NCBI GenBank assembly: GCA_964431415.1 | Contig: CAYSJS010000006.1 | Span: 252-64,251, forward strand | Source of the DNA: an uncultured Candidatus Saccharibacteria bacterium | GTDB lineage: Bacteria > Patescibacteriota > Saccharimonadia > Saccharimonadales > JACDBH01 | Length of the DNA stretch: 64,000 bases | Reading direction: 5' to 3' | Program-made: the position numbers and the translations under genes | In this document: positions 11,901 to 17,499 of the stretch, piece after piece | Position numbering within the stretch: the first letter of the stretch is position 1 | Layout of the letters: each line of letters begins with the position of its first letter | The notes under the pieces: generated by a model | Database searches by the model: none | The model's input: the letters and a program-made list of their open reading frames with translations, nothing else | What the model was told of the DNA's origin: nothing

Positions 11901-12020
11901 TTTGACGGTAATGACAGTCAGTTTTTTGGTAAACCCCAGGAGCTTTTTTGAGTAGGGTTTAAAAACCCTCTTATAAAGAAGTTGCGTCTTCCTTGCTGTT
12001 TTATGAATTTTATCCCTCAA
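5904..12020 (-). CDS. Giant N-terminally anchored surface protein (2038 aa): basic/His-rich tail, TM helix, LamG-like module, about 14 tandem propeller-like blades, second LamG-like module, multiple Fn3/Ig-like domains
   Basis: Single uninterrupted ORF. TM helix YSVLGVYLAVVGTLVALSYG. Blade motif LYAGLGxxxGDAEVWxWNGSSWxKIGGDxxNSxW repeats about every 52 aa. LamG-like WHHIAATYDGTTMKLYVDG...LDELRISN. C-terminal repeats such as GTTYYYVAKWTDEDGNTGTSQEFTFTT are Fn3-like. Stop lies 2 nt from the ABC ATPase start. Confidence 0.85.
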   Translation of the reverse strand: MRDKIHKTARKTQLLYKRVFKPYSKKLLGFTKKLTVITVKKTHHYTKITTRFLHHHLAKRPHNHLYNKWNWYRNWHDWKFHKHIHYSVLGVYLAVVGTLVALSYGKVLAASDLFNSWDFSAPASFTLDAGVEVSGTSARLKAQNYTSDVNTAALYHFDEASGAIATDGSSNTNNASVTNGTFITGNLNNGLSLNGSTAYASIPDSAATSLSRDNSIEAWTKFSAPFSAGSHDHKQSVIDKGSYKLYYDQETGKITYELANSTATTWTQQAGNDTKNSWDLNGKLSVNAEQFIGGNLYVGLGNAVGDAEVWKWDGSTWTQIGGDGKNNSWADLTFENVTTLNYSGTILYAGLGSTAGDGEVWSCDTGTGCTSWTKIGGDGINNSWAVNTIEEVDSMTVLGSTLYVGLGTTANDSKVYAWNGSTWTWVGGFGITGAYNAFPTGYEAVYSMSNDGSSIYVGFGSTAGDADVWRLTGTTWTQIGGDAVNSSWAASTYESVISMRYFGGNLYAGLGTTAGDGEVWMWNGSSWAKIGGDNLNSGWDAVSYEGVYSFTDDGTNLYAGLGLSAGDNEVWMWNGSSWAKIGGDGVNGGFTNTHIEVNALSYGNSTLYAGLIATGNNAEVWSFTSGSWTRIGGGYINKSWGGYNIQNVESMTVYGSYLYAGTGNTVAGNALVWRFDGNSWQIVGGQGINNSWAATTYEDVTSMISFGGNLYVGLGTSANDAEVWKYDGSTWNQIGGDSLNSGWTTNFEEVSSMAVLAGNLYAGIGNSANDAEVWMWNGSSWAKIGGDSLNSGWTTNFERVSSLSVYDGQLYAGLGLTAGDAEVWRWNGSSWAKIGGDGVNSSWNTVYEQVESMIPYNGKLYAGLGNSTGDAELWEWTGTAWSIVGGDGVNGSWLDGQYEQVKSLVTYNGKLYAGLGNSAGDGEVWEMDGSSWSKIGGGGTNSSWTANATESVRSFSVYKGKLYAGLGDSANTDAAVWSYGNNGFLQSTVGSQDTSWHHIAATYDGTTMKLYVDGVVDAQTSVSLTMPDTTQPALIGTNFGPSETGWSRAFFEGMLDELRISNIARGSFNTLPYSANHQAITLAAAVRTSGVAHWDNFTSDETANGGAITYRLSDDNGTTWKYWNSGWVTSSGLAQSNTAAVIGTNIATFPATLYGIRWQAVLKGNGTQQVTLNTIDLAATSDLSAPNTNASALHGYKTNGGTELNTNDWTNGSSPYFSWTAGTDTGSGIKGYCLYLGTNSSADPTTTKGLLGTSPLDTAGHCQFAVSGNSVDLSTAGYMGSPLTTSNSSYYLLVRAIDNAGNIFGTSAEFHFRFDNTPPTNPGFITAPSGFINTKSTTLTWPTSGGQATSDTASGVAGLQYRINASSWYGDNHTGSGDMTDLLADDGSYVTVDPTDFNNIIEGVNTVYFRTWDNAGNVTSGYVTAALKVNTAGSPSEPQNVHATPASNTTNAFAFSWNAPNSFVGDVNHLTYCYTINTLPSPTTCAYTSAGVTSLGSGPYATQPGTNTFYVVAKDESDNINYSSFATVDFTANTPSPGIPTNTDIVDVSIKSTSNWRLAITWDSPVDTGAGIASYKVLRSTNNVAFSFVGSSTSTTYIDAGLNQQLYYYKVRACDSTNNCGSESTVVQMLPTGKFTSPATLTSDPSASNLTTKKATITWATDRASDSKIALGTTSGQYGSSEIGNSTQINLHTIQLDNLSAGTTYYYVAKWTDEDGNTGTSQEFTFTTAPAPVVKEVETVSVSLSSAVIQFVSNGASKVTLYYGKSESFGGLQSINTSSAESKYSFALSGLDDGTKYFFRISAFDSEGSEYFGNVFSFTTPQRPRIINLRFQPVTGEPTSTQSVTWQTNVPSNTTVTYGKVNSSGIDVQKSGLVTDHEITISNLEDDSEYFLLAQSRDAAGNLAVSDRQVFKTALDTRPPKVSDITVESSIRGSGAEARGQIIVSWKTDEPSSSQVAYGEGSNVSIFNSKTSEDGELTTEHIVIISDLPTSKVYSVQPVSRDRGGNAGLGEPQSTIIGRASDSILTVIINSLQKIFGF
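9060..11240 (-). repeat. Intragenic tandem repeat region (about 14 units of about 156 nt) encoding the blades of the giant protein
   Basis: Repeat periodicity is visible in the translation. At nucleotide level TTCGCCCAAGACGAGCCATTCCA occurs 4 times (near 9530, 9680, 10288, 10443). Confidence 0.8.
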
Positions 12021-12159
12021 AACACACCAGCTTCTAGTTACTTTCCTACCTGTTATACATCATAACAAAAAAACATCATTTTGGTTATGTTTATGATTAT
12101 ATAGTGCGGGCAGTTTTAAAGGGGTGTAGAGTATAGCACCGTAATATCTTTCAAGGAGG

Positions 12160-12188
12160 TTGACCATTACCCTGTAAAAACATATAAT
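12160..12188 (+). promoter_or_regulatory. Near-consensus sigma70-type promoter (TTGACC-17 nt-TATAAT) in front of the tRNA 5'-half copy, GIY-YIG gene and tRNA-Asn
   Basis: TTGACC at 12160-12165, a 17-nt spacer, TATAAT at 12183-12188. Predicted start is about 15 nt before the tRNA-like 5' end at 12211. Confidence 0.5.
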
Positions 12189-12210
12189 CTTACTCTGTAC
12201 AGAGACATAT

Positions 12211-12251
12211 TCCGACTTAGCTCTCCGCCAGCTGGCGGAGGTAGAGCGGGA
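12211..12251 (+). pseudogene. Duplicated 5' half of tRNA-Asn with the D-loop replaced by the palindrome TCCGCCAGCTGGCGGA
   Basis: 12207-12223 is identical to 12494-12510, and 12240-12251 is identical to 12514-12525 of the intact tRNA. Similarity ends at the start of the anticodon stem. Confidence 0.6.
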
Positions 12252-12258
12252 GAAAAAG

Positions 12259-12507
12259 ATGTTTTATGTATATGCAATCTTTAACAAACAAGTGGGTAAG
12301 CTGTATATTGGCCAGACGATTGATATTCGACAGCGTCTCATCGATCACAATGCGCATACTCACAAAGGCTATACGTCTCGATTCTTGGGCGAATGGGAGC
12401 TGATTTATACGGAATTCCTCCCTACTCGTACTGAAGCGCTTGTGCGAGAAAAGCAGCTAAAAAGTTTCAGAGGCAGGCAATTTGTTAAAAAATATATTCC
12501 GACTTAG
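12259..12507 (+). CDS. Small GIY-YIG nuclease superfamily protein (82 aa, UPF0213/COG2827-like)
   Basis: FYVYAIFNKQVGKLYIGQT (GIY...YIG), RLIDHN, and REKQLKSFRGRQFVKK (conserved Arg/Glu region). GGGAG Shine-Dalgarno 6 nt upstream. The stop codon TAG at 12505-12507 lies inside the tRNA. Confidence 0.8.
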   Translation: MFYVYAIFNKQVGKLYIGQTIDIRQRLIDHNAHTHKGYTSRFLGEWELIYTEFLPTRTEALVREKQLKSFRGRQFVKKYIPT

Positions 12508-12572
12508 CTCAGTGGTAGAGCGGGACGCTGTTAACGTCTAGGTCGCTGGTTCGAGCCCAGCAGTCGGAGCCA
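12498..12572 (+). tRNA. tRNA-Asn (anticodon GUU), CCA encoded
   Basis: Manual cloverleaf: acceptor TCCGACT/AGTCGGA, D arm GCTC-AGTGGTA-GAGC, anticodon arm GGACG-CTGTTAA-CGTCT, T arm GCTGG-TTCGAGC-CCAGC, discriminator G plus CCA. Confidence 0.9.
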
Positions 12573-12735
12573 GACCAAGCAGAGAAAAACGTAGACCCAG
12601 TTCTATGACCTACAATAACTTCTCTCCTTGGTCAGTCAAGAAAGAGTTGGGCCGACAACAGGGTACAAATGTTGGAACCGCCCGAAAGGGCGGTTCTTTC
12701 ATTTTACCCCTGTAATTTAGTTCGAACCCAGCCTC
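12564..12735 (+). repeat. Copy 1 of a roughly 170-bp tRNA-trailer module (tRNA 3' end, stem-loop, terminator, GGTTCGAACC box)
   Basis: Blocks shared with 16304-16468: CGGAGCCAGACCAAGCAGAGAAA, CGTAGAC.CAGTTCTA.GACC, ACTTCTCTCCTT.GTC, AAATGTTGGAACCG, CGGTTCTTTCATTTTACCCCTGT, GTTCGAACC. Confidence 0.8.
12674..12705 (+). terminator. Rho-independent terminator after tRNA-Asn
   Basis: GAACCGCCC-GAAA-GGGCGGTTC followed by TTTCATTTT. Confidence 0.7.
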
Positions 12736-12796
12736 TCCCGTCCTGAAGGAGCAAGCACCCCAAAAGCTGACCCGTTCCCTAGACCTGTGCGCTTGG

Positions 12797-13510
12797 TTAA
12801 ACGACCTGAACCCAGTCATTGACTTGGTTTGCTGAAGTGTCGGAAGACGGATCGACAGAACGTTTCCATGTAAGTTCCATGCCTTCGACTGCTCCTGAAG
12901 TTGGATTGATGTTTGTATAGTGGACAACTTGACCATTATGTATAGAATCTGTATCTACGTCTTCTATTTTGTCGAGAGCTAGTTTATCTAAAGGCGCATG
13001 TGCAGCCCATAAAACATCGCGGTGGGTCATAACTAGTATGTTATTCGTATTGGCGAGGTCGTTAACTAACTCTCCAAATCGGTGCGAGACAGCCAGGATA
13101 GATTCTCCGCCTGGTGGAACCCAGTAGAAAGGATGGTCTTCCATCGATTGATAACTATCCGGAAACTTTTCCTTATGTTGCTGCTTGGTTAGTCCCTGAA
13201 TATCACCGCGATTTCTCTCAGTGAGTCTGGGCTCTTTTATCCAATCTCCACCAAAGCCTAACGATTCTGCAGACTGTTTGGTGCGAATAAGTGGTGAAGT
13301 CAGGTATGTATCAAATTTCTTAAAGTCATAAACCTGCATGATATACTTTGCAATCCAACGTCCCGTTATCTGTGATTGTCTATGGCCAGCCTCAGTCTGT
13401 TTTTCATCGTTAGGGTGAATAAGGGCATGTGTGCCTAGCTTTCGCCTGACATCACCTTCGCTTTCACCGTGACGAACAAGTACTAAGTGTCGTGGCTGCA
13501 ATAACTCCAT
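12797..13510 (-). CDS. Histidine phosphatase family protein (phosphoglycerate-mutase-like)
   Basis: LVLVRHGESEGD (RHG motif), a downstream HRD-containing region (VMTHRDVL), 237 aa. Confidence 0.8.
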   Translation of the reverse strand: MELLQPRHLVLVRHGESEGDVRRKLGTHALIHPNDEKQTEAGHRQSQITGRWIAKYIMQVYDFKKFDTYLTSPLIRTKQSAESLGFGGDWIKEPRLTERNRGDIQGLTKQQHKEKFPDSYQSMEDHPFYWVPPGGESILAVSHRFGELVNDLANTNNILVMTHRDVLWAAHAPLDKLALDKIEDVDTDSIHNGQVVHYTNINPTSGAVEGMELTWKRSVDPSSDTSANQVNDWVQVV

Positions 13511-13513
13511 GAG

Positions 13514-14713
13514 TTAGACCATAGCATATAAACTTTTATCTTTGAGTCGTCGATGAATGTAGATGAGCACAACGAATGCAGCTGCTGCTAATAGTACAAG
13601 CGCCAAGGAGTAGGAATGCATACGTTGGTATGTAAAACCTAATATCAGTGGCGGCAAGAATCCGCCAAAGCCACCAGCAGCACCCACGATACCAGTAACG
13701 CTACCCATGACTTCTGGCTTTGCAAGCTTACCAACCATTGCAAATACAGCCCCATTAGCACAGCCAAGTACGAAGGCTAAAGTTAGATATGCGATGGTTG
13801 TCTGTGGCTCGAGGGTTGGCTGGAAGGCAACAAATGCCGCAAGAGGAATAATAGTGCAGAGAGTGGCTTGTACGACACGCCTGGCACCAACTTTATCACT
13901 CAGCCACCCACCAACCGGCCGTGCAATCGTGGCGAGTAATACAAATCCAGCCGCCCGTGTAGCAGCGTCAGTAAGCGATAAACCGTAAGAAACCTTAAGT
14001 AGAACAGGCAAATATACACCAAAAGCAACAAAAGCACCGAACGTTACAGCATAAACAGATGATAAATCCCATGTGAGCCGTAGCTTCGAAGCTGCAACTA
14101 TCCGCAAAATAGAAGATCCTTTTGCGGGCTTCCATCCCGGAGCATTTTTACCCCAAAATATAAAAACCATCGCCATAATTATCAATAAACTAGCTACAAT
14201 CATAAATGTCATATCTCTGTCAAAGTTATCTGCAAGTCGTGGTGTAGCAAATCCTGATAATGCCGTTCCGGCATTGCCCATACTGTACACACCTAGAACA
14301 AATCCTCTTCTCTCTGGCGGAAACCATGCGCTAATAAATGGGATACCAATAACAAATGCCGCGCCACCAAAACCGAGAAATATGGCGGCAACCACGATCT
14401 GCCAATAGTCGCCTGCGAACGTTAACGCAAAAACTGGGATTGCGGTCAATAAAGATATAACCGTAAACATCGTTTTACCACCAAATTTATCGGTTAACAT
14501 GCCAAATGCTATACGGCCTAAAGAACCAACGATAACTGGTACGGCCAGAAGTAACGATAGCATTACAGGGGTTAGAGTTAGTTCGCCGGCAAGCTTTGCA
14601 CCAAGGGGGCTCAATAGCGACCAAGCCCAAAAATTAATAATGAGTGCTAGTGTTGCGATACAAAGAGCAAAATATGCACCTTGAACTGACTTTATTTTTT
14701 TTGTTTTTGGCAT
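13514..14713 (-). CDS. MFS transporter, nitrate/nitrite-porter (NarK/NNP)-like
   Basis: 12 TM pattern; MFS motif A FGMLTDKFGGKT; Gly-rich NNP-like boxes SMGNAGTALSG and GIVGAAGGFGGFLPP. Start trimmed to MPKTKK (ATG at 14713) so that it does not overlap the upstream gene. Confidence 0.65.
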   Translation of the reverse strand: MPKTKKIKSVQGAYFALCIATLALIINFWAWSLLSPLGAKLAGELTLTPVMLSLLLAVPVIVGSLGRIAFGMLTDKFGGKTMFTVISLLTAIPVFALTFAGDYWQIVVAAIFLGFGGAAFVIGIPFISAWFPPERRGFVLGVYSMGNAGTALSGFATPRLADNFDRDMTFMIVASLLIIMAMVFIFWGKNAPGWKPAKGSSILRIVAASKLRLTWDLSSVYAVTFGAFVAFGVYLPVLLKVSYGLSLTDAATRAAGFVLLATIARPVGGWLSDKVGARRVVQATLCTIIPLAAFVAFQPTLEPQTTIAYLTLAFVLGCANGAVFAMVGKLAKPEVMGSVTGIVGAAGGFGGFLPPLILGFTYQRMHSYSLALVLLAAAAFVVLIYIHRRLKDKSLYAMV

Positions 14714-14717
14714 ATCA

Positions 14718-16184
14718 TTATATTGCTGCTTCCCAGTCAAAGAACACGGTGTCCTCACGGTAACCTCCACGTCCTTGACCAAAGTTTTCAAAACTCTCGA
14801 CAAACTCAATCGATTTTATATATTTTGCCATTTTATAGCCGTATTTCTTTTCACATCGCAAGCGAAGTGGTGCACCATACTCGATAGGTAGTGTTTTGCC
14901 GTTCATCTCATATGCAAGAATTGTCTGTTTATCATACATATCGCTGACACGTAATCCTGAATAATATGCCTGACCCTTGTCGTCGATATCGTAACAATGA
15001 AACAGCACATACTTTGCATTCTTCTTCGGCTTACAAATCTCCATAACATCGCTCATAGGCAAACCACCCCACTCAGCGACTGCAGTCCATCCCTGAATGC
15101 AATTATGCTTAGTGATTTGGTCTTGTTTACGTAAATCTTTAATATCTTGAAGTGACATTTCGATGGGATTATCGACTAGTCCGTAAACACTTAATATCCA
15201 ATCTTTGAAATGATTGGCTTTGAGTTTTTCATATTCTTCAGATTTTGGAGGATAGCCATTGACTCTAAAGAACGGTGAAATGTCTTTTTTTGTGTAGTGC
15301 TGATTAGACTTCATTCTTCCGAACAATAGACGCACCACAGGCGTATAAAACTTCGTGAGGATTCGTCGTAAGCGTACTTGATCGCCAAGTGTGAAAAATG
15401 AAACCCAAATATTAAAGGCAACTAGCAAAATCAGCGCCATCAAGAATATTGTGAGCGCCAGGGCAAAATCTACATCTGTGTTGCCTAGTGTTATACGTTT
15501 TACGCTATCGTAGAAGTGGAAACCAAGCGCCATTGTTACGTGCACGAGTATGAATAGCGAGAACAGAACCATCGCAATAAAGTGCAAACTCCTCGCAACC
15601 TGACGACGACCGCCAAATAGCTTGAGAAATCCTGGGTGTTTTGCTACCAGTGCTGGGGATAGCGCTAAACCAGTAATAATTGCTAACGGCGCCAGTATGA
15701 AAACCACACCTGCATAAGTTAGTTGCTGCAGGGCGTTATATGTCGCACCCTCTGAAGGCACGTTTAGCGTCAAATATTGGTACATGGTATCAATTGCGCG
15801 CGAGAAAACACCAATGTCAGTAGGGATCAAACGCTGCCATTGTCCGCTGAAGAACAAAAAGCTCATGTAAATTAAGCCCGTTATTACCCAGATGATAGCT
15901 ACTGTGAAGTGCCAATGTCGTGCAGAACCCAAGTTATGGGTACCGCCAGGTAATGCAAGCTTACCTGGTTCTTCTGCTTCATCTAGAGATGTCCAAAGCT
16001 TATCCTTGGGCATAATTTTCTTACCAAAACGTAACCAGTGATTGTCGTCTTTGGTATCATCGGTCCAGTACAGTTTAGGGTGATCAAAAAGTATTTGTAT
16101 ACCGCTCCGAATAAGCAAGACGAGGCAGAATAGATTAATCAAATGTAGAATTATTATAAATATTGGCAGATGTAGCGTTTCCAT
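14718..16184 (-). CDS. Fusion of a cytochrome-b-like membrane domain with a molybdopterin-binding oxidoreductase domain (sulfite-oxidase/MsrP family)
   Basis: The N-terminal 280 aa have 5-6 TM helices with conserved His residues. The C-terminus ITKHNCIQGWTAVAEWGGLPMSDVM...YEMNGKTLPIEYGAPLRLRCEKKYGYKMAKYIKSIEF matches the Mo-pterin oxidoreductase domain. Confidence 0.7.
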   Translation of the reverse strand: METLHLPIFIIILHLINLFCLVLLIRSGIQILFDHPKLYWTDDTKDDNHWLRFGKKIMPKDKLWTSLDEAEEPGKLALPGGTHNLGSARHWHFTVAIIWVITGLIYMSFLFFSGQWQRLIPTDIGVFSRAIDTMYQYLTLNVPSEGATYNALQQLTYAGVVFILAPLAIITGLALSPALVAKHPGFLKLFGGRRQVARSLHFIAMVLFSLFILVHVTMALGFHFYDSVKRITLGNTDVDFALALTIFLMALILLVAFNIWVSFFTLGDQVRLRRILTKFYTPVVRLLFGRMKSNQHYTKKDISPFFRVNGYPPKSEEYEKLKANHFKDWILSVYGLVDNPIEMSLQDIKDLRKQDQITKHNCIQGWTAVAEWGGLPMSDVMEICKPKKNAKYVLFHCYDIDDKGQAYYSGLRVSDMYDKQTILAYEMNGKTLPIEYGAPLRLRCEKKYGYKMAKYIKSIEFVESFENFGQGRGGYREDTVFFDWEAAI

Positions 16185-16269
16185 ATATATAAATATACCG
16201 CTTATCTATTATTATTGATAACACTACACAAATTAACAGATGTAAGCTAGTATGAAGCGAGCCTAAAAT

Positions 16270-16312
16270 CAGGTGGTAGAATCACTTGGTTCGAATCTGG
16301 TTGCCGGAGCCA
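16270..16312 (+). pseudogene. tRNA-like remnant (D-loop-like and T-arm-like segments, acceptor 3' strand plus CCA, no anticodon arm)
   Basis: TCAGGTGGTAGAATCACTTGGTTCGAATCTGGTTGCCGGAGCCA. There is no matching 5' acceptor strand upstream, and it runs directly into trailer-module copy 2. Confidence 0.45.
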
Positions 16313-16468
16313 GACCAAGCAGAGAAACTCGTAGACTCAGTTCTACGACCAAGAATTACTTCTCTCCTTAGTCTTACGAATAAGATTTTCTCAAAAAGAA
16401 GATTGAAATGTTGGAACCGTCAGAAATGGCGGTTCTTTCATTTTACCCCTGTTGTTTGGTTCGAACCT
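16304..16468 (+). repeat. Copy 2 of the roughly 170-bp tRNA-trailer module
   Basis: See copy 1. Includes a terminator hairpin whose differences from copy 1 preserve pairing. Confidence 0.8.
16413..16444 (+). terminator. Rho-independent terminator (copy 2 of the trailer module)
   Basis: GAACCGTCA-GAAA-TGGCGGTTC followed by TTTCATTTT. Relative to copy 1, one pair changes C:G to A:T (both sides changed) and one changes C:G to T:G. Confidence 0.65.
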
Positions 16469-16548
16469 TGTCCTTCATTTGCCTTAGCAACAAGTAGCCA
16501 AAAACAGACCTGTTTCCATGATAGTAAATTGCAAACTATAATATATTC

Positions 16549-17499
16549 ATGAATTCTTACCAAATTCACTCGATCCTTGAGTCACCCGATGCCTGGCTTT
16601 TTAGTGCTACGACCTCACCAAAGATTTGCAAAGAACTCGAATTTGTTGATCCAAAAGAGCATGGAAAAACACGACATCTTGTAAGTTACGAATGCGAAGC
16701 GGAAAACTTGAATGGGGCGTGGAAAAGCTTCTATAAAGTTGTCACTGAATTTCTTGATGCGGCAGTATTTTATACAACCAGCTATATTTCATTTCTTGAT
16801 TGGAACCACGTAGTTATTAATACCACCCAGAATGTTTCATTAATCTCACTTTATGAGAGGACCTTAGGAACCTCCCTAGATTTTTATAGCGAAGAACGAA
16901 CCGATAGTGTGCAAAATATCCGAGATTTCGCCCAAAAAGATATCCGTCTCGCAAACTTTTTACATTGTTATCGCATGGCGGTTCTAGTTGACTCACCAGA
17001 AACGTACGATGCATATGAAAAGTACTTAATTCTTGCGTGTGAGGCACTTGCCGGAGAGATCAAAGACGTAGACGGTAATGTTAAGTACGACAGAAAACGG
17101 CTTCAAAGCATTCTTGGGAAAGAGCTACACAAAAAGTTCTTCAGTCATGTTGATGGCACATCGGGTAAAACTGTAAGGAATGCGCATTTTCATCTTGGTA
17201 AAGTAATGGTGACGGAGGGTAAGCCACGTAAAGTAATTGAGTTGGTTAATCAGCTTAGGCAGTTTATTGCCAGTGAGTACGGTATAACTGATTTACCTAT
17301 ACTCAGGATTGAGAATTCGCCCACTAGAGGCATGCATCGAGACGATGGTGGCATTGTAGTTATTAGAGGTCAGTACGACAATCCTCAAATACTCATGGAA
17401 AACTGTGAGCCCAATAAAGTATTTGATGATTTGATAGACAAGAAAGATTACGAAATACTATCAGGACCTGAGGCCAGCTCTGCTGTAAATTCTATGTAG
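16549..17499 (+). CDS. Hypothetical protein (316 aa) with an RNxxxH (Rx4H, HEPN-like) motif
   Basis: Long ORF in the AT-rich island. GKTVRNAHFHLG contains Rx4H. No other motif recognised. Its 3' end overlaps the convergent recombinase gene by 8 nt. Confidence 0.5.
   Translation: MNSYQIHSILESPDAWLFSATTSPKICKELEFVDPKEHGKTRHLVSYECEAENLNGAWKSFYKVVTEFLDAAVFYTTSYISFLDWNHVVINTTQNVSLISLYERTLGTSLDFYSEERTDSVQNIRDFAQKDIRLANFLHCYRMAVLVDSPETYDAYEKYLILACEALAGEIKDVDGNVKYDRKRLQSILGKELHKKFFSHVDGTSGKTVRNAHFHLGKVMVTEGKPRKVIELVNQLRQFIASEYGITDLPILRIENSPTRGMHRDDGGIVVIRGQYDNPQILMENCEPNKVFDDLIDKKDYEILSGPEASSAVNSM

Noticed and set aside
12564-16468. Reading the roughly 170-bp repeats as attL/attR of the serine recombinase
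   Set aside because: Large serine recombinases use short att sites with a 2-bp crossover and leave no long direct repeats. The recombinase gene also lies outside the repeat-bounded segment. The two observations are therefore kept separate.
12610-16552. Track ORFs 12610-12936 (minus strand) and 16286-16552 (plus strand) covering the tRNA-trailer repeats
   Set aside because: They run across the terminator hairpins and tRNA-like sequences. They have no ribosome-binding site and differ between the two repeat copies by frame-breaking changes. The region is better explained as RNA or repeat sequence.
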